Source of the DNA: Clostridia bacterium
GTDB lineage: Bacteria > Bacillota > Clostridia > Christensenellales > CAG-138
Length of the DNA stretch: 64,000 nt
Assembly: GCA_036677445.1 (NCBI GenBank)
Contig: JAVBWI010000026.1
Location: 271-64,270, forward strand
Direction: 5' to 3'
In this document: positions 1 to 8,827 of the stretch, in pieces
Position numbering within the stretch: position 1 is the first letter of the stretch
Layout: every line of letters begins with the position of its first letter
Program-made: the position numbers and the translations under genes
The notes under the pieces: model-generated
What the model was told of the DNA's origin: nothing
The model's database searches: none
What the model saw: the letters and a program-made list of their open reading frames with translations, nothing else

Positions 1-7
1 CGCGCGG

Positions 8-595
8 ATGGCCCGAAGGGGCATCTGGTTTTTTATGCGTACCGTGCTGTTGGTCGTACTGCTTGTGGCACTTTGTTACGGTGTGTTCACGACGGCAATG
101 CGTGCTTCCAACCTGTATATTTTGGCGACGGAGGGCCTGGAGCTGCGCGCAGAATGCATTTTGCAGGATGGCGCGCAGGTTGAACTGCGCGAATACTTTA
201 CCGAAGCATTCCTTGAAAAGGACGCCGCTCTCTCGCATACGGTATATGAGGATTATACCATTACGAGTTTTGATTACCGTATAGAGGTGGAAGGCGTCTC
301 CGTGTGGCCGTGGTCGCAGACGGCTACCGTTACGGTCATCGAGCGTATGGCTGCAATGACAGGTACCCTGAATGAGGATAAAAAGCCGGAGGGCACGGCG
401 GAGGATGCGGAACATCCCCTGCCGGAATGGCAGCCGGGGCGCTACTTGTTGCGCTTCCGTTTAAAAGACGACCGCTGGTATATCTACCAGATGCAGCTTC
501 TGAAGACGGTGGCTTCGGAAGAACCCAAGCGTACGCCGGATATGCGTATGTCGCCGATGCCCGTACCCACCGCCACTGCGCCGGCCGCCCAATAA
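8..595 (+). CDS. hypothetical membrane-anchored protein
   Basis: 195-aa ORF with an N-terminal hydrophobic helix (TVLLVVLLVALCYGVF) and a Pro/Ala-rich tail. No family recognised. The ATG is 7 nt from the window edge, so the true start could lie upstream. Confidence 0.5.
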   Translation: MARRGIWFFMRTVLLVVLLVALCYGVFTTAMRASNLYILATEGLELRAECILQDGAQVELREYFTEAFLEKDAALSHTVYEDYTITSFDYRIEVEGVSVWPWSQTATVTVIERMAAMTGTLNEDKKPEGTAEDAEHPLPEWQPGRYLLRFRLKDDRWYIYQMQLLKTVASEEPKRTPDMRMSPMPVPTATAPAAQ

Positions 596-602
596 ACGGG
601 TT

Positions 603-1601
603 ATGAAACTGGGCGCGCTGCAATTTACGTTTCCCGTGATGCTTGCCCCGATGGCGGGCGTTACGGATATGCCCTTTCGTATACTATGCCATGAGATGGG
701 CTGCGACACGACATTTACCGAAATGGTCAGCGCCAAAGGCCTGCATTACGGCAACGAGCGTACGGCGGGGCTGCTGGCAACTTCGCCTGTGGAGCGCCCC
801 TGTGGCGTTCAGATATTTGGCAAAGATCCGGAAATTATGGCGGATATGGCGCGGCATATAGAGCGGAGGCATGCGGGGGAGATTGCGCTCATAGACATCA
901 ACATGGGCTGTCCCGCGCACAAGATCGTGGGAAACGGCGAGGGCAGCGCGCTTATGCGCGACATGCCGCTTGCCGCCCGTATCATAGAAGCCGTGTCGCG
1001 CGCGGTCAGCCTGCCTGTTACGGTAAAATTCCGCAAAGGATGGGATGATACCTGCGTCAACGCGGTGGCATTTGCCCGCATGGCGGAGCAAAGCGGCGCG
1101 GCGGCAGTCTCGGTGCATGGCCGCACGCGTGCGCAGGGGTATAGCGGACGTGCGGATTGGGGCATCATAGGCGAGGTCAAGGCCGCGCTCAACATTTCTG
1201 TCATCGGTAACGGCGATGTTTACTCTGCGGCGGACGCACTGGCGCTTCGCGCATTGACCGGCTGTGACGGTGTGCTGATCGCCCGCGGCGCGCAGGGGAA
1301 TCCGTGGATATTCCGCGAGTGCAAGGCTGCGCTGCGCGGGGAGACCTGCCCACCGCCCACGCTTGTAGAGCGCGTCGAAATGGCCATCCGGCATGCGCAT
1401 ATGCAGCAGGCATATAAGGGCGTGCATGGGGTTGTGGAAATGCGCAAGCATGTGGCGTGGTATGCCCGCGGGGTTCCGCACGCGGCGTGGCTACGGACGC
1501 GTGTCAATGCCTGTTCTTCGCTGGAGGAACTGGAGGGACTGCTCAGGGATTTTGCCGTGCGGGCGGCGGGGACGGATGGCGGCGGACACCCTCATAACTG
1601 A
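603..1601 (+). CDS. dusB: tRNA-dihydrouridine synthase (Dus family)
   Basis: 332-aa ORF with the Dus N-terminal signature LAPMAGVTD, plus INMGCP and HGRTR TIM-barrel/FMN motifs. It sits upstream of lysS, as in Bacillus. Confidence 0.88.
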   Translation: MKLGALQFTFPVMLAPMAGVTDMPFRILCHEMGCDTTFTEMVSAKGLHYGNERTAGLLATSPVERPCGVQIFGKDPEIMADMARHIERRHAGEIALIDINMGCPAHKIVGNGEGSALMRDMPLAARIIEAVSRAVSLPVTVKFRKGWDDTCVNAVAFARMAEQSGAAAVSVHGRTRAQGYSGRADWGIIGEVKAALNISVIGNGDVYSAADALALRALTGCDGVLIARGAQGNPWIFRECKAALRGETCPPPTLVERVEMAIRHAHMQQAYKGVHGVVEMRKHVAWYARGVPHAAWLRTRVNACSSLEELEGLLRDFAVRAAGTDGGGHPHN

Positions 1602-1666
1602 CAGGTGCGAATCCGTCAAGCGAAATGGAGACGTATTTTTCCCGCCTTCGCCGCTGCTGCAAAACC

Positions 1667-1695
1667 TTGACAAGCAATGACATGGCTTCTATAAT
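1667..1695 (+). promoter_or_regulatory. sigma-70-type promoter candidate for greA-lysS
   Basis: Exact TTGACA (1667-1672), 17-nt spacer, exact TATAAT (1690-1695), about 90 nt upstream of the greA ATG. Pattern match only. Confidence 0.55.
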
Positions 1696-1784
1696 TGGTT
1701 AGTACTATGGAAATTTGCAGCTAATTTTATCGCACGGGGTAACCATGTGTGCGGTATATACTCATAGAAGTAGGAGGCAAATGC

Positions 1785-2258
1785 ATGGCAGAGGTCAGGC
1801 TCACGCCGGAGGGCATCGCGAAATACGAGGAGCATCTGGAATATTTAAAGACCACTCGCAGGATGGAGATTGCCGAGCAGATCAAAATTGCGCGGTCATT
1901 TGGCGATCTTAGCGAAAACGCGGAGTACGACGCCGCCAAAAATGAACAGGCCAAGAATGAGTATGACATCGTTCAGCTTGAAAACATGTTGCGCAGTGCC
2001 GTTATCATCGATGAGGATTCGCTGGATACGGAAACTGTGAATGTCGGTGCTGTCGTGACCCTGCACAACGAAGAAGCAGCAGTGGATATGACCTATCACA
2101 TTGTGGGCTCCGCCGAAGCTGACCCGATGGAAGGGCGCATCTCCAACGAATCCCCCGTGGGTATGGCGATACTCGGCCATAAGGCCGGTGACGTAGTTGA
2201 AGTACAAACACCCGGCGGCTCCATACATTTGCGCATACTCGAGATCAAGAAGCAGTGA
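1785..2258 (+). CDS. greA: transcription elongation factor GreA
   Basis: ATG at 1785 follows AGGAGG (1772-1777). The product [22 protein letters not shown]... has the GreA coiled-coil N-domain and C-terminal globular domain. The track start at 1749 has no RBS. Confidence 0.9.
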   Translation: MAEVRLTPEGIAKYEEHLEYLKTTRRMEIAEQIKIARSFGDLSENAEYDAAKNEQAKNEYDIVQLENMLRSAVIIDEDSLDTETVNVGAVVTLHNEEAAVDMTYHIVGSAEADPMEGRISNESPVGMAILGHKAGDVVEVQTPGGSIHLRILEIKKQ

Positions 2259-2281
2259 CCCCCGCAAGAGAGGAATCGGAT

Positions 2282-3799
2282 ATGGATAACCAACAGACCC
2301 CCGCACCCCCTGAGCCGCAGCAGGAGCTGACTGAGCAGGAGCTTAGCGAGCTCCTGCAGATAAGACGGGACAAGCTTGCCGCGCTGCAAGCCGCGGGTAA
2401 AGACCCTTTTGAGGTAATGACATTTGATCAGACCCACCACAGCCAGGATATTGTGGATGGGTTTGAGGCACTCGAAGGCCAGACCGTCCGCATCGCCGGG
2501 CGCATGATGTCTAAAAGGATCATGGGCAAGGCCAGCTTTGCACATATACTCGACGGCAAGGGTACCGTTCAGGCGTACATCCGCAGGGATGATGTCGGCG
2601 AGGATGCTTATGCTGATTTTAAGGCATTGGATATAGGCGACATACTGGGCATCGAAGGCACGGTATTTAAGACCCGCACAGGCGAGATTTCCGTACACGC
2701 GCAAAGCGTCTCACTCTTGAGCAAGTCCCTGCGTCCGCTGCCGGAAAAGTTCCACGGCCTGAAGGATTCCGAGCTTCGTTATCGGCAGCGGTATGTGGAT
2801 CTGATCATGAACCCAGAAGTGCGCGAAACGTTTGTCAAGCGCAGCCGCATTATATCGCAGATACGCCGCAGGCTGGATGAGCAGGGCTTCCTCGAAGTGG
2901 AGACGCCCGTGCTCAACACCATACCCGGCGGCGCAAACGCGCGCCCCTTCGTTACGCACCATAACACGCTGGATATCGACCTGTACCTGCGCATCGCGAC
3001 CGAGCTTCCGCTCAAGGAATGCATCGTGGGCGGCCTTGAGCGCGTATATGAGATCGGCCGTATCTTCCGCAACGAGGGCATGGATATCAAGCACAACCCG
3101 GAGTTCACCACGCTGGAGCTGTATCAGGCGTATACGGATTATAACGGCATGATGGCGCTGGTGGAGGATTTGATCGCCCATTGCGCGAAAAGCGTGCTTG
3201 GCGATACCCGTATCGTCTATCAGGGCATCGAGATAGATCTGACGCCTCCGTTTGCCCGTATGACCATGAACGAGGCCGTAAAGCAGTTTACCGGCGCGGA
3301 TTTCTTCGCGTGCCAAACGGATGAAGAAGCGCGCGCGCTGGCATGTACACTGGGCCTGGAATTTGCGGATAAAACGATTACGCGCGGCAAGCTGCTCAAC
3401 GAAGCCTTCGAGGCATTTGTGGAAGAAAAGCTGATACAGCCCACTTTCATACTCGATTATCCTGTGGAGGTTTCGCCGCTTACCAAGCGCAAGCCGGGCA
3501 CGCCGTATGTGACGGAGCGTTTTGAGCTGTTCATAGGTACAAGGGAATATGCCAATGCGTATTCCGAACTTAACGACCCGGTCGACCAGCGCGGCCGGTT
3601 TATGCAGCAGATTTCCGAGCGTGAAAAGGGCGACGATGAGGCGATGATGATAGACGAGGATTTCTGCCTCTCGTTGGAATACGGCATGCCGCCCACCGGC
3701 GGTATCGGCGTGGGCATTGACCGGCTGGTGATGCTGCTGACGGATTCGTATTCGATACGCGACGTGTTGCTGTTCCCTACAATGAAGCCAAGACGTTGA
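2282..3799 (+). CDS. lysS: lysine--tRNA ligase (class II)
   Basis: ATG at 2282 follows GAGAGG. It has an OB-fold N-domain and class II motifs ([14 protein letters not shown]). The track's GTG start at 2255 overlaps the greA stop and is less likely. Confidence 0.93.
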   Translation: MDNQQTPAPPEPQQELTEQELSELLQIRRDKLAALQAAGKDPFEVMTFDQTHHSQDIVDGFEALEGQTVRIAGRMMSKRIMGKASFAHILDGKGTVQAYIRRDDVGEDAYADFKALDIGDILGIEGTVFKTRTGEISVHAQSVSLLSKSLRPLPEKFHGLKDSELRYRQRYVDLIMNPEVRETFVKRSRIISQIRRRLDEQGFLEVETPVLNTIPGGANARPFVTHHNTLDIDLYLRIATELPLKECIVGGLERVYEIGRIFRNEGMDIKHNPEFTTLELYQAYTDYNGMMALVEDLIAHCAKSVLGDTRIVYQGIEIDLTPPFARMTMNEAVKQFTGADFFACQTDEEARALACTLGLEFADKTITRGKLLNEAFEAFVEEKLIQPTFILDYPVEVSPLTKRKPGTPYVTERFELFIGTREYANAYSELNDPVDQRGRFMQQISEREKGDDEAMMIDEDFCLSLEYGMPPTGGIGVGIDRLVMLLTDSYSIRDVLLFPTMKPRR

Positions 3800-3975
3800 A
3801 CGAGGCCTGGACGCGAAAGCAATGTGTTATACGCAGTTGTCCTTATAATGAAGCCAAGACGTTGAACGAGGCCTGGACGCGAAAGAAAATGTGTTATACG
3901 CAGTTGTCCTTATAATGAAGCCGAGACGTTAAATGCGTTAAAACGCAGACGTGAAGCAAATGTGTTACATGCATG
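3781..3975. repeat. tandem repeat (66-67 nt, about 2.9 copies) beginning inside the lysS 3' end
   Basis: Copy 1 is 3781-3846 and copy 2 is 3847-3913; they are near-identical, with one extra nt in copy 2. Copy 3, from 3914, has diverged. Each copy starts with AATGAAGCC(A/G)AGACGTT(G/A)A, which is the last five lysS codons plus the stop. Confidence 0.85.
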
Positions 3976-4071
3976 GGAGTTAACAGTTTATTTACTTTGC
4001 GATTTTCACGGTTTGCGGTATCATGATAGGGAGTAGGCATACTAGATTATCATGGAAGTGAAGGTATACTC

Positions 4072-4992
4072 ATGAAAAAAACGCTTTCCATATTGCTCGT
4101 GATTGTTTTCATGCTCTCGGCTGTGGCTTGTGCCAAGAACGAAGAGCCTGCCGGCACGATTGACTTTGATTCCGACCCATCCGCAAGCGTCCAGCCGGGT
4201 GACCCCACGGGTACGCAGTCCGGAACTACTCCGGGCGGCTCGACGGTATCCAATGCGCCGGACTCTACGGTACCGGGTAGTACGGTACCGGGCGCTTCCG
4301 TTTCTCCGGGCGCTTCGGTTTCCCCGGGCGCTTCGGTTTCCCCGGGCGCATCCACTTCGCCTACGCCGGGCAGCACAGGCGCGCCAAAGAGCTACAGCGA
4401 GGCCAAAGCCATCAATTCGGATGTCATAGGGTGGATCAAGGTGCCCGGAACCAACATCGACTATCCTATTCTATATGACGATCCTTCGGATGGCGTCTGG
4501 TTCTATAACGACCACGACATTTATAAGAAAAGCACCGGTAATCCCGGCGCCGGCTGCATCTATACGTACTACAATGTGCTTACGCGCAATGTTATCGTAA
4601 CCGGCCATAACATGCGTCAGTCCGGCACCATGCTCCACGAACTGCATAAATTGCAGGACAACAAGTCGTCGCTCAAGACGAAAGCCAACCGTACCTTCAG
4701 CATACGGCTGTTCGGTTTTACGAAGTGGGAAGTGTTCGCGCTCTACGAAACCAAGGACAGCGAACCGTCCAGTACCATTAAGTACAATATCAAGCACCTG
4801 AGTTCCTCCGACAACTCCAACAAGAAGGAGATCGAGGAATGGATCGCCAAGCAGAAGAGCCGTTCGGAGATCGATTTGGGCGTGAGCGTTTCGGCGGACG
4901 ATTTCCTGATGACCATCATTACCTGCGGCGACAATTACGATTACAGCGAAGCGCAGTCCCGCCTGTACTACTTCCTCAGGGCTGTTGAGTAA
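4072..4992 (+). CDS. class B sortase-like protein with lipoprotein signal peptide
   Basis: Lipobox LSAVAC after the signal peptide, then a Pro/Gly/Ser/Thr-rich linker. The C-terminal domain carries SrtB-type motifs: GWIKVPGTNIDYPI, TGHNM..G.M, a TC catalytic Cys (IITCGD) and a downstream Arg. The ATG follows GAAGTGAAGG. Confidence 0.7.
   Translation: MKKTLSILLVIVFMLSAVACAKNEEPAGTIDFDSDPSASVQPGDPTGTQSGTTPGGSTVSNAPDSTVPGSTVPGASVSPGASVSPGASVSPGASTSPTPGSTGAPKSYSEAKAINSDVIGWIKVPGTNIDYPILYDDPSDGVWFYNDHDIYKKSTGNPGAGCIYTYYNVLTRNVIVTGHNMRQSGTMLHELHKLQDNKSSLKTKANRTFSIRLFGFTKWEVFALYETKDSEPSSTIKYNIKHLSSSDNSNKKEIEEWIAKQKSRSEIDLGVSVSADDFLMTIITCGDNYDYSEAQSRLYYFLRAVE
4288..4349 (+). repeat. in-frame 18-nt tandem repeat (about 3.4 copies) encoding PGASVS
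   Basis: CCGGGCGCTTC(C/G)GTTTC(T/C) is repeated head to tail inside the linker of the sortase-like gene. Confidence 0.85.
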
Positions 4993-5012
4993 TTGCAACC
5001 AGAGGCTTATCA

Positions 5013-5291
5013 CGCGCTGCCCCAGCATATGGGGCAGCGCGCTGTATATATCGAAAAAGTGGAAGTATCCACTTTTTCGAGGCTCACCGAACAGGTTGTC
5101 GCTCGGTTTCCTGCTTACGCAGGAAAGCTGTCGCGTCAACTTGCGCTCTAAGGTGTCATTTTGCATTGCGCATGTCGATGCAAAATGACGGATTGGAAGC
5201 CTCAAGTTATACAAACAAATTGTCTCTTCACCGTCTGTAGGCTTTTTTACAGCTTGAATGCGTTGTCCCGTTATATGAGGCAGCGCGCTGT
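5013..5291. repeat. multi-hairpin intergenic insert flanked by two diverged copies of a terminator hairpin
   Basis: The hairpin CGCGCTGCCCC-AGCATAT-GGGGCAGCGCG (5013-5041) recurs at 5259-5291 (26/33 identical; 18/19 over the 3' half). Three independent stem-loops lie between the copies: 5052-5079, 5107-5126 and 5155-5189. Confidence 0.7.
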
Positions 5292-5417
5292 GCTTTTACA
5301 CCATACTCCCGTTGATAGTACAGAATATTACAAAACCGGAACGGACGCATGCAACCCGAAGCGCTGCTGCTGCGTTTCTTATTCGAGGAACAACGTCAAT
5401 AGATGGGAGGATATAGT

Positions 5418-6500
5418 ATGAAAAAGCAATGGATTGCCCTATTCCTGTGTGCGCTGCTGGTGTTTGCAGTTGGATGCAGCGCACCAAAAAGTAACCAAGG
5501 CGCCCGTACCGAAGCGGCGATGCCTGCCCCTGTGGAGGCGCCCGCGGCCGAAGCGCCTGCGGAGTATGCGCAGGATTCCCAGTCAGTCAAAGGTGAGGAA
5601 AGCGGCTGGAGCGGCGGTGCGGGAAACGCGGCCGGCTCCGCACCGGACCAGGATTATGGCGGGCATAAAGTCATCAAGAACGCCGGGTTAGGATTGGAGA
5701 CGCGGGAATTCGACGCGGATCTCGCGTACATCAAGCAGAAGGTCATGGATATGGGCGGCTATATCTCCAACTCCTACGTCAGAGGCAGGAAACCCGAGAA
5801 CTACAATGACACCGGCCGCTATGCGAGCATTTCCATCCGCATCCCGCAGGAGCGTATGGAAGCGTTCCTGGCCGACGCGCGCGGCATCGCGACCGTGACT
5901 TATGAGAACAGCAGCGGCGAAGACATTACTTCTTCCTATTATGATACGGAATCGCGCCTGCAGATTTACGAGACCCAGCGCGAGCGCATCCTTGCGTTGC
6001 TCGCGAAAGCGGAAACCATGGAGGATATCATTTCGCTTGAGACGGAGCTTTCCCGCATCACCTATGAGATCGAGAGCCTGACTACGCAGCTCAAGCGTTG
6101 GGACGACCTGGTGGATTTCGCAACGGTTACCGTGGATCTGACCGAAATTCCGCCCGCCGTGGCTGTTGCCAGCAACGACGACATCGGCACGCGAATCAAC
6201 GAAGGCCTGGCGAGCACGTTGAGCGGCATGGCTGTGTTCTTTGAGAACCTGCTTGTGTTCCTGATCGCGGCTTCGCCCGTTCTGATACTGCTGGCTATTA
6301 TATTGGTTGTGGTGCTGCTCATATTAAGGGCGCGCCGCAAAAAACAAGCGAAGTTGATTGAGCAGGGCATACTGCCCGAGAAAAAGCGCTATCAGGCGTA
6401 TCAACCCCCGCAGCCCAACCAAGGCGGATACGGCACGCAGCCCCTGCCGCCGGTAACTCCCTCGCAGCCCCCCAAAGGACCGGAGCAACCCAAAGAATAA
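5418..6500 (+). CDS. DUF4349-like lipoprotein with C-terminal TM helix and Pro-rich tail
   Basis: ATG at 5418 follows GGGAGGA. Lipobox FAVGCS. The core resembles DUF4349, with a coiled region followed by a TM segment (LLVFLIAASPVLILLAIILVVVLLIL). Confidence 0.75.
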   Translation: MKKQWIALFLCALLVFAVGCSAPKSNQGARTEAAMPAPVEAPAAEAPAEYAQDSQSVKGEESGWSGGAGNAAGSAPDQDYGGHKVIKNAGLGLETREFDADLAYIKQKVMDMGGYISNSYVRGRKPENYNDTGRYASISIRIPQERMEAFLADARGIATVTYENSSGEDITSSYYDTESRLQIYETQRERILALLAKAETMEDIISLETELSRITYEIESLTTQLKRWDDLVDFATVTVDLTEIPPAVAVASNDDIGTRINEGLASTLSGMAVFFENLLVFLIAASPVLILLAIILVVVLLILRARRKKQAKLIEQGILPEKKRYQAYQPPQPNQGGYGTQPLPPVTPSQPPKGPEQPKE

Positions 6501-6519
6501 CGCATAGGAAATGCAATGC

Positions 6520-6766
6520 AAACGGCCCGCAGGCATGATCTGCGGGCCATGGCCGCTGACAAAGTCCATAGGACTTTGTCAGCGGATTTTCTGTAGGTTG
6601 AAATGCCGCTTTAGGTTGAAATGCCGCTTATGGCGGCACTCGCCGATTTGACGCACAAAAACGCTGCGCTGCCAGATCGGATTGAAATAGTGGGGAATTG
6701 AGATTCCCCACACCCCAGGAGGGTTTGCCAGTATTCTAAACGGCTCGCAGGCATGATCTGCGGGCC
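6520..6766. repeat. family-A multi-hairpin insert (copy 1) bracketed by a 29-nt direct duplication of a bidirectional terminator
   Basis: The direct repeats 6520-6548 and 6738-6766 are 28/29 identical. The interior (6549-6737) contains a perfect 15-bp stem (6553-6585), an 18-nt internal tandem duplication (6595-6630) and a 9-bp stem (6690-6711). It is homologous in inverted orientation to 25346-25524. Confidence 0.8.
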
Positions 6767-6774
6767 GTTTTAAG

Positions 6775-7752
6775 TCATTTTTCCGTCTCTATAGAGTATT
6801 TTGCGCCATCCATCGTGATATGGATCGTACCGGATACATCCGTCCGGTAAAACGGAATATCGGCGCTTTTGAGCGCCTGCACGACCTCCTCGTGCGGGTG
6901 GCCGTATTCGTTGTTCGCGCCAAGGCTGGCGACGGCAGCCTCCGGGCCGATCGCGTCGAGAAACGCCGCAGAGGTGGAGGAGTTGGAGCCGTGATGCCCC
7001 ACCTTAAGCACTGTGGAGCGGAAGTAAGATGCAGGCAGCTGTTTGAGCGCGGCTTTTTCCGCATAGCGTTCCGCATCGCCGGTAAGCAATATCGAGGTGT
7101 CGCCAAAACGCACGCGGCAAACGACGCTTGCGTCATTCAGGTCGTCGTATGTAACATCTGCAAGGGGAGAAAGTATGCGTATTTCCACCTGATCGTCCCA
7201 CTCGATGAAGGCGTTCTCGCCTCCGACAGCCTTTTTGACGGAAATGTTCTGCGCGTCCAGCGCGTCGATGAGATTTTCGAACATTTTTGTCTCATTCACG
7301 GCATCCGGCATATAGTATGTGCCGACCTCGTAGTTGGAGAGCACCTGCCGCATGCCGCCGATATGATCTGCGTGCGGGTGGGTGCCGATCACGACATCCA
7401 GCATGGTCACACCCTGTTCCTTCAGAAAGCCGTCGATACGTTCGTACATATCGCTGGTACTGGCATCCACCAGCATAGTTTTGCCGGAAGGGCTGCGTAA
7501 AAATATGCTGTCGCCCTGCCCGACATCCAGTACATATACGTCAAGCATGCCTTCCGCTGCGGAGGGCCGCCCAGCGGAGGGCTGCTCGGCGGGGGACTCC
7601 GTAAGGCCTGCGGCCGGGCTCCCCTCAAACAAGCTGAAAATGCCTAAGGAACCTTCCATGAAACAGTCGATCGCAAACAGAAGACCCAATACCATGAAAA
7701 GCGCGATCAGTGAGCGGACATGTTTGTTTAGACGCTTTTTGGATTTAGCCAT
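6775..7752 (-). CDS. membrane-anchored MBL-fold hydrolase, ComEC/Rec2 C-terminal-domain type
   Basis: ATG at 7752 follows AGGTGAG. N-terminal TM helix, then metallo-beta-lactamase motifs (LDVGQGDS, THPHADHIGG, GHHGS). Confidence 0.8.
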   Translation of the reverse strand: MAKSKKRLNKHVRSLIALFMVLGLLFAIDCFMEGSLGIFSLFEGSPAAGLTESPAEQPSAGRPSAAEGMLDVYVLDVGQGDSIFLRSPSGKTMLVDASTSDMYERIDGFLKEQGVTMLDVVIGTHPHADHIGGMRQVLSNYEVGTYYMPDAVNETKMFENLIDALDAQNISVKKAVGGENAFIEWDDQVEIRILSPLADVTYDDLNDASVVCRVRFGDTSILLTGDAERYAEKAALKQLPASYFRSTVLKVGHHGSNSSTSAAFLDAIGPEAAVASLGANNEYGHPHEEVVQALKSADIPFYRTDVSGTIHITMDGAKYSIETEK

Positions 7753-7930
7753 ATATGGAATACTCACCTGCAATTCAATACTATACCTTGCGTCCTATTA
7801 TACAGGGTATTATCGTACCGCGCAAAGCATAACGCGTTGAAAGAGCAAGAATTGCAGAATACGCCAAAACATGATATGGTATAGCTTGTTATCCGCATGC
7901 CGTTTGCATGTGTAAAAGGCGGAAGTACAA

Positions 7931-8827
7931 ATGAGAAAAGGCGTGTTGTTCGTTTTACTGGGGGCGGCCATGTGGGCCACGCTTCCCATATTCAGCCGGT
8001 ATGTATATAGTAATGGCAGCGATCCTGTTACGGCGGCCGCATGGCGCGCGTATCTGGCTGCAGGCATATTTCTCGTGTGGTTCCTTGCGGACGGGACATT
8101 GAAAAAATTGTGCTGGAAGGAACTTCCGTTCTACCTGCTGTATGGCGTGGTGGGCGTAGGCGGCACATTTTTGTTTTATATGCTGGCCGTGGAGCGGCTG
8201 TCCACGGCAATGGCGGCGATGCTGTTGTATACCGCGCCTGCTTTTGTAATACTCCTCAACCGCATTTTTTACCGGGAGCCAATCACAAAAACGAAGCTGA
8301 TCGCGCTGCTGTGCACATTCGGGGGCTGTTTTCTTGTCGTGCGCGGATATGATCCGGCCGCGCTCTTTGCAAGCGGAGGCGGTATATTGATCGGCCTTCT
8401 GTCCGGGGTCAGTTATTCCATGGTTACCGTACTCGGCCGCGCCGCAGGGCGCAAGCATGATTCCCGCACAAACGCCGGATTGATGATACTGTTCGGCTCG
8501 CTGATATTCCTGTTCCTCCGGCCGCCATGGGAGCTTACCGCGCCCAGCGCGCCATTATGGCTGGGCTATGCGGGCCTGGCGCTTATCGGCAGCGTGGGTG
8601 CGTATCTTGCATACCTGAGGGGCTTGTCCTGCGGGCTGGAGGGCGGAGTCGCCAGTATCACCGCCACTGCGGAACCGGTGATCGCCACGCTGCTTGGCGT
8701 GCTGTGCTTCGGCGATTTGCTTGAGATTTGGCAGGTGCTCGGCATAGCAGTCGTGTTTACCGGCGTGGCGCTGCCCATGCTGTATGGAAGCATTACCAGG
8801 AATTCGGCGAATTCGGCACAAGGTTGA
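7931..8827 (+). CDS. EamA/DMT-family transporter
   Basis: 298-aa protein with about 10 TM segments and the duplicated EamA architecture. Confidence 0.8.
   Translation: MRKGVLFVLLGAAMWATLPIFSRYVYSNGSDPVTAAAWRAYLAAGIFLVWFLADGTLKKLCWKELPFYLLYGVVGVGGTFLFYMLAVERLSTAMAAMLLYTAPAFVILLNRIFYREPITKTKLIALLCTFGGCFLVVRGYDPAALFASGGGILIGLLSGVSYSMVTVLGRAAGRKHDSRTNAGLMILFGSLIFLFLRPPWELTAPSAPLWLGYAGLALIGSVGAYLAYLRGLSCGLEGGVASITATAEPVIATLLGVLCFGDLLEIWQVLGIAVVFTGVALPMLYGSITRNSANSAQG

Noticed and set aside
684-1481. 265-aa minus-strand ORF inside dusB
   Set aside because: It is a shadow ORF opposite a clearly recognisable Dus-family gene.
2200-2290. T-box or L-box leader for lysS
   Set aside because: The greA stop (2256-2258) is only 23 nt from the lysS ATG, which leaves no room for a leader RNA. 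The two genes appear to be co-transcribed.
3781-3975. CRISPR-like appearance of the repeats after lysS
   Set aside because: The units are contiguous, with no unique spacers. They include the lysS coding end, and no cas genes are nearby. This is a plain tandem repeat.
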